A stretch of DNA of 63,161 bases, filler included, from Hyphochytrium catenoides (taxonomy: Eukaryota; Protista; Hyphochytriomycota): NCBI GenBank assembly GCA_900088475.1. It is 9 parts of 9 records of this genome, joined end to end, with 100 filler letters (N's around TTAATTAATTAA, not from the genome) between each part and the next. Parts side by side here need not be neighbours in the genome. Positions count along the whole stretch, not along the records: positions 44,821 to 58,672 come from FLMG01003245.1; positions 58,773 to 61,863 come from FLMG01002485.1; 7 more parts are not named here. The stretch is one strand, 5' to 3'. A program made the translations under genes and the position numbers. The notes under the pieces were generated by a model. That model searched no databases. It saw nothing but the letters and a program-made list of their open reading frames with translations, and was not told the origin of the DNA. Shown piece after piece: positions 48,640 to 60,527 of this stretch (position 1 is the stretch's first letter; every line of letters starts with the position of its first letter).

Positions 48640-49400
48640 TTCAGTTCTGGTCAAAAGTCCGCCGAAGGAGCACGGCCAAGGAGAAGATCCCGCAAGCTAT
48701 CATGACGTACAGTCAAATATTGATGGGCCAAGCACAGACCATCGCATGGTCCCCAAACACGTCGAAGTCCCAATGACACAACTTGCACTGCCCAGGCGCA
48801 TCAAGGATCGGTACACCCAGGTAACTTCAAAGCATGAGGCGGTAGATACGAGAATCGCGTACTCGTTGGTCCAATCCAGGGATAGGTTAGCATGAAGAAA
48901 GGCACCCGCCTGCTTCATACTCACCGCCCTTAGTCGTGCTCGATCTCGAAGACGACGAAGTGTTTGGGCAAGTAGATGATCTTGCTTGTAAGCCCAGACC
49001 TCCTCAGACAGCAGCTTCTGAACATTGCCACGAGACTGGAAGAGCCCATCTACTAGGGTTTTATTACCGTCTTTTTCCGCGTTGTGGGCAGCCAGCAGGG
49101 CCAAGTAAGCGAAGATCCTCAGAAGAGCCGAAGGCATCCGGAGGACGATGAAGAATAGCCGGACAGATATCCCGAGTTTGCACCCCTGGAGCCGATAGAG
49201 GCTTCTATAGGTATCGTCTGCGGGTGGCTCACGCCTACACCTCCCAGTCGTATGGGAAGTTCAGACTGGAGCCAGGTCGGATCCTCCGCCCAGTGCTGGG
49301 GTCCGAAGGATGGCACGGAGAACAGAACGCAAGGAAGCAGAAGCCGCCGAGGATCAAACCTTTCTGTAATAAAGCCAAGGAGTAACACCTACACTCCTGG
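48640..49400 (-). mobile_element. Second, inverted CRE-like fragment with CCHC zinc knuckle
   Basis: WLQSELPIRLGGVGV; DRARLRAVSMKQAGAFL; L*SYLGVPI..QCKLCHWDFDVFGDHAMVC..VRHDSLRD; stops and frameshifts present. Confidence 0.85.
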
Positions 49401-49839
49401 GGGAGGTCTGAGGTATAAGGAAAGGAGATTAAGGTCTGAGGCAAGACGAATAGACGAACTCAAGGAAGGAAGGCCTTTGAGCTCTCGTACGGCCATACTA
49501 CGAGGCGAGCGGCCGCTGAATTCTGATTCTGTGCCACGCTTTATGTGTGCTCCTCCTCCTTCCTCCCTTGACAGCGCCTCCTCCCCTGGTTCGTCTCATC
49601 TCTTTCTCACGCTGAAGGCCCTCTCCTCATCCCCAGCTGATCCTCACTCCGGCCCTCAGTACTCTGGAGCCTAAAGGAGCACACCGTACCAGATAGCAGT
49701 GATTGGTCCATAGCATCAAGCCATCGGAGGGCTAATAACTGACCTCGTGTCCGCATTAACCAGCGATTTGTCTGCCCTTTTGACTTGTGTCTCTGCTCTC
49801 TTGGCTTGTGTCTCGGCTCAACCGAGTTCAGCCGCTAAC

Positions 49840-52800
49840 ATGGTTCCCAAGCCGGGAACTGAGCTTCGGCGACTGTCAGTACTGGACAGCTGGAGCAATG
49901 ATCGTAAGGTTGTGCTGGCCATTTGTGCCATGGAGAAAAAGGTGAGTCATGTAGAGTGACAAAACAATTCACTTCTCCCTAGCTCACTTGTCAGCGGCTT
50001 CTCCGTTCACCTTCTGTGGGCCGGCAGAGCAAATCAGGACCAATGAACGAGATCTTGGGGCGCTTGCCAAGTTCGGAGTTTGAGGTTCTCTACTTCAGCG
50101 AAGAGATGATCCTCTCTGAGCCCTCCGACAATTGGCCTGTCTGCGATGCTCTGATTTCATTTTATTCAAGCAACTTCCCCCTAGAGAAGGTGGAGGAATA
50201 TATCCAACGAGTGCATCCCTTTTGCCTCAATGACCTTGAGAGCGACAGGCTGCTACTCGATCGGCGGCGAGTCTATGAAACGCTCTCAGGACTGGGTATC
50301 AAGGTGCCAAGGTCTCTGTTGCTCTTATTTTCTCCGCACTGTCAGCCGCTAGCTGAAGGCTCTTCATTTGTTTAGGCACGTGGTGGTGGACCGCGATGAG
50401 GGCACTGAGACGATTTCATTTTTAGAGAGTGAAGACTTCATCGAGGTTAGACTCAGCAAGCCGCTCTGCTCCACCCGAGAAAAGGTGACACTAATCGCGC
50501 TGTAGGTCGACGGACTGAGGTTGCAAAAGCCGTTCGTGGAGAAGCCAGTATCTGGAGAGGACCATAACATCTACATTTACTGTTAGTCAGCCGCCAGTCC
50601 TAAGCTTCGCTATCCACACCAGGCTTCTAACCCCCCAACTCCGTTCCGTACACTTTCTTCCCTCCCTACGGACTTCGCCAGACCCAATGGCCGCGGGCGG
50701 CGGCTGTAAAAAGCTCTTCAGGAAGGTTAGCTTGACGTTGGCGAAGCGGACGAAAGCCCGACTGCAGCTGTATGGACTGACAAAATCTTTACTTACCCTT
50801 ACAGGTTGGAAACAAAAGTAGCCAATTTTACCCAGAACATAATCGCGTACGGCGGGATGGCTCGTACATCTATGAAGAGTTCCTTCCCACCCAAGGTGAG
50901 CCACTTTTCTCAAGCCCATCGTCTTGTCAACTTGGGCCCACCTGACACAAATGGTACTGCTGTGCTGCCATTAGGTGTGGATGTTAAGGTGTACTGCGTG
51001 GGACCGGACTACTATCACGCAGAAGCGAGGAAAGGTGAATGGATTGTCTTTGCTCGCAATGTGCCAGTGGATGCCTTGACAGGTGCTATTCTTGCAGCGC
51101 CTACTTTGGATGGAGTGGTGCTCAGAGATACAGCCGGAAAAGAGATCCGGTACCCAGTGATTCTCACCCCAGAAGAGAAAGAGATGGCACGGAAGGTACT
51201 CCCTAACTTGATTGAGGTCTTGTTACCCTTAGGCCCAGCTAAGCTTCCTCCTTCTATGGACCAGGTCTGCCTATCCTTTGGGCCCACAGGTACGACGTCC
51301 ACCGAAGATTTCAGGCTTTTCCGCCGGAGGTGCTGACATTGCTACCAGTGTGCGGGATGGATATTCTCAGGGTGGGCAGCGAGTCGTACTGCTGTGACGT
51401 CAACGGGTGGAGCTTCGTAAAGAACTCCAAAAAGTACTACGAAGACTGCGCTACACTTCTTAGGACGGTAAGTGCTTTGCGTTAGCCAGCCTCTCACACC
51501 ACGTGTCTGATGGTTCTCTGATTTCCCTTCTCCTTGCAGTTCATGCTGAAAAACATCAAGGGAGAGTTTTTGCACTTTCCCTCGAGCCTTGAGAGTCCGG
51601 CTGGTACCTCTGTGCCGGACCTCAGCACTGCAGATCTCAGTGTTGGGATGCCCCTTAGTCCTGGGACGACAGAGGAGCTGCGGTATGTGAGAGAGGCCCT
51701 AACGAAGAACGACGGGGTTCTAACCGCAATTGCCTCTTTGGTGCCCTCAGAGGGGTGTTCGCGATCATTCGCCACGGGGACCGAACTCCTAAGCAGAAGC
51801 TGAAGATGAAGGCAAGCGTACAAATTGGGGAACTGAGCATTGCTTTTCAGAAGCTCTCACTGTCTGCTCACCGCGACTCTTTAGGTGTCGCACCAGCTCT
51901 TCCTCGACTACTACCACAAGCACTGCAAGCGGCCAGGCGAGGATCTTAAGCTAAAATCAAGAGCGGATCTGGAAGAGCTGCTTAACGTGGCGCTAAATCT
52001 CCTAGAGATGCATCATCGTGAAGATCCAGAGTTTGAAGAGTATCTGGACACGAAGTAAGACGACGCGGCCTCATTTGCCGACCTTTAGCATTAATTGACT
52101 GCATTCTGTACCCCCTTCCCCACTTAGGTACGGGACGTCCGATGAGGTCAAGTCTGAGGTCATTGCGAAGATTGAGACGCTGCGGGATGTCTTGCAGCGC
52201 TCTGAGATCAGCGGCTTCAATCGCAAGGTGAGAAAGAAAGGAGAGGCGCTGGGGAGTTCAATCTTAACCTCTTTTCTTTTTGCTCACTTCCTTACTTCCT
52301 CTCCACAAAGGTCCAACTCAAACCCCGTCGCACTCCGGAAGGCGAAGCGAATGGTAGTTCTAAGATCCAGGAGATCCTGCTGATAATGAAGTGGGGAGGG
52401 GAGCTGACCGACGTTGGAAAGGTGAGAGGCCAGGAGAGGCCAGCTTCGCACTTCTCTCTCCTTCAAGCGTGGCTCACATGAATGGTTCTATTCTTGTTCT
52501 ATTGTCAGGAACAAGCGCTTCAACTGGGCAAGAAGTTCAGGCTGGACATGTATCCCTCTGCCGGCCTCGATGGTGGCGTTCTCCGACTGCATAGCACCTA
52601 CAGACATGACCTTAAGATTTACAGCAGCGACGAGGGCAGAGTTCAAATGTCCGCTGCAGCTTTTGCAAAGGTGCTGCACTTCCGTGCCGCCTGCACTTCG
52701 TTGGTCACTCACTGTCCATCTCTCCCTCTTCCTGGGGCTAATGATCTAACCAGGGCTTTTTAGAGCTGGAGGGGGACCTTATCCCAATCTTGGTAAGTCT

Positions 52801-54835
52801 GGTCACCAAGACAGAGCAGGCGGAGGAGATGCTGGATGCGAGCACGACTGGAGTGCACGACAACATTCTGGAGGTCAAGCGGCGATTGCACAATATCTTG
52901 CACACGGACAGACCTTTTGACGAGGTGAGAACGTCCTGAACTTGCTGCTATGTCTCTCATTCTGACGCCGAGCTTGTGAACACCAAGCACATGCGCGAGC
53001 ACGTGAACCCTGCACATGGTCCCTCCATAGATAGTGCGCTCAACAGGATAGGCAACCCTAAGGAGAAGCTGAAACGCATTCATGAGCTTCTTGGCGGCAT
53101 TGTGGACAGAGTGCGCAGATTGATCGAGACTCATGAGGTATGGTCCACTAATAAAGAGCTTCATATGAAAGAGCTCATGTTTTTCTTGCCGCTAGGACCT
53201 TGAGCCCTTTGGAAAGGAAACTAAGGCGATGATGCTAGCGCGAGTCAGCAAGCTCTACCACGATTTTTATAACCCAAAGACAGGTCCGACGATGATATAC
53301 TAGAGATACCGTTTAAGGGATAGATGGAGAGTCACTCACCTCGGCATGTTTGCCCGCAGATACATATGACCTCGCCAAGATCCCGGACGTGCATGACACT
53401 GCGCGCTACGATGCTATCCACAACTCACATCTCCGCCTCCCGGGGCTGTATGAGCTCTTCGATTGCTCCAGCGCTTTGGCCGAAGTCTTCGTCCCTCAGG
53501 TAGACCGGCTCGCAATCTCGTGCATTGTAACTCTGGATGCTTATTTGTTCCTTGTCCTAGGAGTACGGAATGTCGATAGAAGAGAAGCGTCGCATCGGTC
53601 GCGTGATGTGTAAGAGTCTACTGAAGAAAATTGTGGACGATGTGGACATCGCGAAGGACGGAGCTCTGTACAAGCTACATCCAGACTTTGCGACCGAGGT
53701 ACTGGCACCATCATGATGCTCTTTCCTTTCTGGAGGCTCCCATCACAGCTTCTCACACTCGACTATCCTTCTTTCCGCAGCTTGGAGTCAAGAGCTACCG
53801 CCGCTTCGTACGGACGCGGCTCTACTTCACAAGCGAGTCGCACCTCTACTCTATGATTAATGCACTGCGTTATCCCAGCGGAGGTGTTGCCAGTCCCCTG
53901 TCTGCTGAAGGTTAGCAATAGTACCGTGTGGATGTTCCAGACAAGCAAAGTCTCATCCCTTCCTCGCACTCTCAGGGGCCCGATTCATAGATCTGACGCC
54001 GGAGCTCTGCTACCTGACACACATTGTGATCCGCATCTTCGAGCGCAAGCAATTCTCAAGGGTAAGTGTGCCGCTACATGCAATACGGGCCGGATCGGCA
54101 CCTTACCGGACCTTCGCCGATCCTCATATTAGGACGACCCGCGACACTTCAGGGCGGAGATACTTTTTAGCCCTGGTGCAGATGTAAACCCTGTCAGCTC
54201 GGGAGACCCTTACCCGCTTACAGTGAGAGAGGCAGTCGTGGTCTCAGACCCGAACCTGACCAGCAAACATCTTCAAAGCGTTCTAGCGCAGGCCATCGCC
54301 CCAGAGGTAAGGATACATAAGCTTTCGCTAGTAACCGCAGGGTGCTTAGCAGAAGTGCATTAGGCGGCCGTGGACGGGAGGCTAGACCGCATGTCTATTG
54401 CACAGGGAGGCAATGCGAAGGAAGAGGAGAGCGAGTAAGTGAAAGACTTCGTTCTTACTTTATGGATGCCTAAGAGTTGTCTTCTCTTTCCCGGATTCCC
54501 ATTGAGCTCTATCCAGCTGCTCGCGTAACCCTTTCAGTTCTACCAGTTCTACACAGCTGATGGACGGCATGGTTTCTGACTCTCTCTCTTCTAGTCGCTC
54601 TTCTAACGTATCCGACGATGAGAAGCCCAAGGAAGAGCAAGATGAGGCAGAACCCCCGCCGCCAGAGCGCCGACGACTCCGTTTCCTCCGCCGACGAGAG
54701 AGCAGCATGGACCAGACGCCAGGGGTCGAGGAGCCCGTCAGCCTACGAAAGGCCTTCCTTCCTCTACTTTTTAGCACCACCTTGGGTCTGGGTGTCATCT
54801 ACGCAGTGGGCCGCCACTTTAGCAGAAGATCTTAA
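49840..54835 (+). CDS. VIP1: Bifunctional inositol pyrophosphate kinase/phosphatase PPIP5K/VIP1 (many short introns), with a predicted C-terminal tail anchor
   Basis: ICAMEKK; [12 protein letters not shown]; [20 protein letters not shown]; [10 protein letters not shown]; DVKVY.VGP.Y.HAEARK; [14 protein letters not shown]; [10 protein letters not shown]; [23 protein letters not shown]; [11 protein letters not shown]. Last intron 54435-54537 joins in frame to the ORF ending at 54835. Confidence 0.95.
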
Positions 54836-55007
54836 CGTACTGTGTGTCGCTGACGGAGAGTCAGCAGCTTAACTGGGGAGAACTCAGAAGGCTTATCCAT
54901 TATGTACATATAATAAGAGGGAGAGCCCGCCTTGGGAATAGGGTGCTGGAGCTAGCTAGAATGGCCAACCCCTGGGTCGCCGTCGCCACACAAAGAGAGA
55001 GCTCCTT

Positions 55008-57141
55008 CTACGCCCTTCGCTGTTTCTTATTTCTTGCTTTAATCTTCTCCACCTTTTCATCGAAGCCCACCTCGATCAGCCTCATCTTCGCCGTCCTTAG
55101 CGCTACCGCCATCTGACTCATGCTCTTCATCACTTCCTCCTCCTCCACACCGGGCTGCTCGTCTAGCTGCTTCCCAAGATACTTCTCAATGTGCTGGAGG
55201 AGCTCAATGTCGTACTGGGAGACGAGTGTTAGCGCCCGCCCTCCTCGACCGGCACGGGCAGTTCTTCCCACTCTGTGAATGTAGTCTTTGGCTAGCCGGG
55301 GAACATCAAAGTTTATCACCAGCTCCACCTCCGGAATGTCTAGTCCTCGCGATGCAACATCTGTACAGACCAAAGTGTTGACCTGCCCAGACTTGAACTT
55401 TCCAAGAGCTAACAGGAGGGGGAAAAGGTCAGCAAAGAGGTTAAAGACGGAAGGAAAGAAAGAGAAGTCTCGGACAAGAACGTCAACCTGCTAAAAGCGA
55501 AGGTGCACATAAGAGTGTGCGAGATGAGGTAGCTACTAGTGACTTGGCGAGAGAAGAGAGAGCGCGAGACGCAGTCAATGAGCGAGAAGAGAGCACGCTA
55601 GAAAAAGGAACACACCGAAAAAGACAGACAAAGACAGTTGCCGACAAAGGGAAGAGGCGATAGGCAGTTCTTCACCGCTGCTACCATTCTCACCTGCGAG
55701 CCTTCTATTCTGCGACATCATTGAATGCAAAGCAACCGCAGGTATCCCAAGCTCGCTGAGGAACTCGCTAATCGTCTGGCACATTTTGCAGGTGGAGACG
55801 AAGATAATGACAGAACTGGCAGCCAGCTCCTTCTGCTGCCTTCCCTCGTCATCCTTCTGTCCCTCTCCGTCCCCAGTCGTTGGTCCGTAGGTCTTCATCA
55901 CATAGCCCAGATAGCAGTGCTTCACCTGCTTGGGAATAAATAGATAATGTTGACGCAATCGCGCCACTGTGGTGGCCTTAGGTGTGGCGTCAAATCTGAA
56001 GGGAGACGTCATCGCAATGGTGTCGAGCTTCTTTATACTCCGTGTCATCGTAGCTGAGAAGACGAGGGTCTGTCGCCTGCAAAGAAACGAAGGACAACGG
56101 GGGCAACAGAGCAATCAGAGAAACCAAGCACCCACATAGAGAGAGAAAGTGATAGAGAGTTCATATACAAAGAGTGGAAGAGAGAGCCAAAGGGCGCGCG
56201 CGAGAGAGATTATCTAAGAAAGGAATGACGACGCTAGGGTACGAAGCAATGACGAGTGCAGCTAGGAGACACTAAGGAGGAGTAGCTAGTAAGAGCTGGT
56301 GATGGCAGGAAGAATCAAAGGGAACGGCATTCAAAAGCAAATTTGCCGGCACCCTACTACCCTCCAGGGTTTCTCCCCTGCTCCGAGCCTTTCGTTCTTA
56401 CCTTTCTGAGGGCAAGCTCTCTAAAATAACCTTGAGATCTGAGGCGAAGGACTCGTCAAGGATGCGATCCGCCTCATCCAGGACGAGGAAGCGGACACGA
56501 GAGAGGTCCGGGGCCGTAGGAGACTGTAGGTGGTCCCTGAGACGTCCTGGGGTTGCGACAATCACGTGCGGCCGGCGCTGCAGGGCCAGCGCCTGCGTCA
56601 TCATGTCCAAGCCTCCGATCACAGTTGCGCAGCGGAAGTTGAAGCTCTGCCCAGCGAAGGCGACAAACTGCTCGGAGATCTGTACGGCCAGCTCCCGGGT
56701 CGGTGTCAGAACCACAGCGAACGGTCCGTAGGGGTCCTCGGCGAGCCGATGCAGGATTGGCAGCGCAAAAGCCGCGGTCTTACCACTGCCAGTCTGTGCG
56801 CAGCCAATCACATCTCCTCCATCCAGAACCTTAGGTATGCAGGCCGCCTGCACTGGGGTGGGCACCCGGATGCCGACGGCGGCGCAGGACTGAACCAGCC
56901 AGGCAGAGACGCCTAAATCAGCGAAAGAGCGGGCCCAGTCCGTAGAACTCCCAGAGTCTAAGCACTCGGCTGCCTCAGTCTCTCCATTGGACTTATGGAC
57001 GTCGATAGCGTGTCTGTGGGCTTCCGCTTCGTCACTGTCACTGCCCCGACCTGAGCTCTGAGGTACAGGTTGGGCTGGCACTTCCCTCTCTGTCGCAGTG
57101 ACGCTCCTTGGACGTTTGCGCTTTGCGAAGAGAAGCGCCAT
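55008..57141 (-). CDS. DDX49: DEAD-box RNA helicase DDX49/DBP8 (3 exons)
   Basis: [38 protein letters not shown]; VLDEADR; LVFSAT; [11 protein letters not shown]; [15 protein letters not shown]. Confidence 0.93.
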
Positions 57142-57649
57142 TCTAAAAGTGTGCTTCCTAATAGCCGCTATCAGCCTCAATCGTAAGCCTCACAAGAGCC
57201 ACCCTCAAGCCTTGATTCTGTCAGAGCCTCAGCCCTAGTACATGCAGATCAACCCTATTATATGCAGGTCCAGACCTTGCAGAGCCCACTGCCACCTGCA
57301 CCTGAGCTACTCTGACGCTCTGCAGCAGGATTGGGTCCCGTAACTTTTCTTAGAGAGGGAGAATGCTGCGCGACAAGCTGACCTAACGCTGCTCTCTTCT
57401 CATCGATCAGAGCGCCACCAACAGCAGAATGTAGTTTCTATCATCAGATCATCAGCGGCTGGCTCCGCTGGTGTGGGGACGGGGCCGGCGCGCCTGTGAC
57501 CTCACCTCCAAGCCTGTCATTTCCATTGCCCTGGATGGCCGTTAGCGGCCCTGTCGCTGAGCGGAGGGGAGGTGTGGAGCTTGATGGGCTAAATAAATTG
57601 CAAGGTTGCCCGTTCCTTAGCCTTTTCAGTTTTTATTAGTGTCTACTAA

Positions 57650-57697
57650 GAAGTAGTTCTAAGAGATGAAGAAGGAGAAGAAGAAGAAGAAGAAGAA

Positions 57698-57729
<32 letters not shown>

Positions 57730-58570
57730 AAAGAAAGCAGGAAAGCTATGACGCCTTGGTCTCTTCCTCCTCGACCTGATCTCCTCCTCCACACTCATCA
57801 TCAGTGAAGGAAGAATCATAAGTGATCTCCTCAGTGATAATAAGGGGAGAAGGAGGAGGAGGAGGTGCATCATCAACCACAGTGTCGGCACCATCAACTT
57901 CAAACATCGCAAGGCAAGCAAGAGAAGGGTCCAACTGCTGCTCAGGTTTTTTAGTAGAAGAAAAGAAGAAGAAGAAAAGGAGGAAGGAGAAGAAGAGGAT
58001 CTAACAAATAAGAAGAAAGCACCAAGCTGTGGAGCGGTCCTGCCAGTTTGGGAGTCCTCCTTCGTTCTTCATTCCTCGTCGGTGGAGCTATGCTGCCATG
58101 TGTCCTGGACTGTGACGGACAGCTTAGTGTCGGACCTCACTGACCGTGCATCATGGGCATGATGTCGCCTGGCTATGGCTCTACTACCTACTACGCCTTC
58201 ATTTCAGGAGGAGGACGGTGGTTTCTTTGTTGGCTGCTATTCTCATCACTCATGAACATCAAAATAATGCGCTTACGCTTCGGATGAAGTAAGAAGCGTA
58301 TTATCCTTGCTCTTCATCGGCAGCTGGACCCTTCGCTTGCTTGCCTGGTCTCATGATGGCAATGTCGGTCGGCACCTTTCTCTCCCACTTCTTCTCCTCT
58401 TGTTGTTATTATAGAGGAAGGAGTCAACTATAATCCTTCTTCCTGGTGTGATAACGAGTGTGAAGCAGATAGAACTCGCTGACGAAGAGACCAAGAAGCC
58501 TTTGTAGCTCTTGTTGTTGTCTTCCTTTCTTCCTCTTCCTCTTACTATTCTCCTCCTCCTTCCTCTAAGT
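57650..58570. repeat. Inverted pair of the ~190-bp dispersed repeat (57740-57932 and 58327-58512) with outward (GAA)n/(TTC)n tracts and an internal hairpin (58263-58304)
   Basis: AGGCAAGCAAGAGAAGGGTCC vs GGACCCTTCGCTTGCTTGCCT; CTTGGTCTCTTC vs GAAGAGACCAAG; ATAATGCGCTT..AAGCGTATTAT. Confidence 0.78.
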
Positions 58571-59619
58571 TCTTACGGTTTTTCATCATCATCATCATCA
58601 TCACTGTTATGTTGACAGACAATAAAGATATATTGTTCGGCACTACTACGATCAGTGGAGAAGACGAGTCTCNNNNNNNNNNNNNNNNNNNNNNNNNNNN
58701 NNNNNNNNNNNNNNNNTTAATTAATTAANNNNNNNNNNNNNNNNNNNNNNNNNNNNNNNNNNNNNNNNNNNNGTTTCGATCGTGCCCTCTAGTTCCTCCA
58801 CCCTGGCACGAAATAGTGTATTGTTCAGAGTCAGCGATTCTGTCTTCCTCTAATAACTGGCTACTTGATCGACATTGATAAGAGCTTCCATGGCTTGACT
58901 AACCTCACCAAGTTCAAACTTTCTACCCTTTATTTTGAGTTTAGAATCCGGGATTTGAGATGTGCTCTAACACCTGGTGCCATAAGCTCCATATAGGTAT
59001 CGTATTCTCCGCTCCACCATCTTTCTTCTGGCTTCTCATGAGAGCTACATTCGGTGGCCATCAAACTGGTGGTGGGATCATGGCCGTTCATGTTTGGTTG
59101 TGTATAACGTGATGATGTGCCTTTGACGGCATCACACTGAGCTTGAGCTGTCATGGTTTTTATAAAGACTATACATTACAGGCAGAAAAAATAGTTGTCT
59201 TCCAAAAAAAATCTACAACTAGCCAGGCAAAAATTTGATCGACAGCATTATTCATTTTGGATGCAGATTTTTATTCATTATGGAGCTTATTGCTACTACT
59301 ATCGCTACTAACAGACTAATTCTAGAAGAAGAAGAAAGTGAAGAAGAAGAGGAGGAAGAAGAAGAGAAGAAAAGCTAAGCAGCCTTAGGCTCTTCCATCA
59401 TCTCAGCTCGAACCTGCTCCCTGCTCATCATCAGTAAAAGAAGAATCATAGTTGATTTCCTCAGTAATGATGAGCAGAGAAGGAGGAGGAGGAGGAGGTG
59501 AACCATCAGCAACCATGTCATCATCAGCAACCATGTCATCACCAGCAACCATCATGTCAACACCGTCGAGCTCAGCCGTTTTTATTATCATCATACTATA
59601 GAGAAGAAGAAAGAAAAAA

Positions 59620-60527
59620 AAAGTTGCGTGACAAAGAAGGCAAAATAAAATGGCAAGCTGGCGAAAGATTTCTCGATATGAAGGAGATACGTTACCATCA
59701 TTTGCTGAAAGAAAGAGACAAGAAAGAAGCAACTGCCAAGTGCTCTCCAGAAGCGACGTGACAGAACTTGTTGACTATCTTACCGCATAGTGAGATTGAA
59801 ACTGGACTAGAGCGCGGGTTTGCAGCCATATACAGTCATGCTTCCGATCAAGCTACGCAAATCCCAAGGAATTCCTGATCCACGTAACAATGGAGATGGG
59901 AAAATCACAATCACACACATTCGTCAGGCGGTCAGAGACGATCCCCAGGCGGTGGCGACGCTAGATGGGGCGGTCGTCAAAGGAAGGCCTGTCCGTGACT
60001 CAGCTTATGAAAGGTACCATCGTTTGTATACTAAATTTGTCACGCCACTGACTGCAGAACTGAAGCTACAACGGAAGCAGAGATCTACGATGAACCGAGA
60101 GGTGAACCAGATGTTTGACGGCTGTATACTGAAAAGGGTAGAGGAAACAGCTCCAGAGCTCATCTCTGAGTGCCTCCTCGAATATGACGATAAGGATCGG
60201 CGATTCGAGCGTTATAGAAATGCCCATAAGCAAGATTTGCGAAAATTTGCATATCTTTAGGAACTCGAGAAGGGCCATCCGCGGCGAGCTGCTGTGATCA
60301 AGCCACGGACTCATATTTCTGACCTCCCACAAGCTCTTAGACAGTACATGAACTCTAACTATGACGACTATATCAGCCATGAAAGGGAATTGAAGTCACT
60401 CCGCAAGCTAATGACTATTGTGAAGGAGAACAGAGCTAAGGAACGTCATCGGGAACGTAGCAGCAAGCGTAGGTTGTCATCCTCTCATGGTGACATGATG
60501 GAAGAAGAGTATTATGAGGATCTTTAA
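59620..60527 (+). pseudogene. Disrupted intronless hypothetical ORF, probably from the Polinton-like element
   Basis: ORFs 59820-60260 and 60294-60527 are in one frame, separated by a single TAG (60258-60260); upstream part is broken by TGA (59759-59761) and a frameshift near 59819. Confidence 0.55.

Noticed and set aside
59759-60260. In-frame TGA/TAG suggesting an alternative genetic code
   Set aside because: Host genes end with TAA, TAG and TGA and show no internal stops once spliced; a co-occurring frameshift indicates pseudogenisation.
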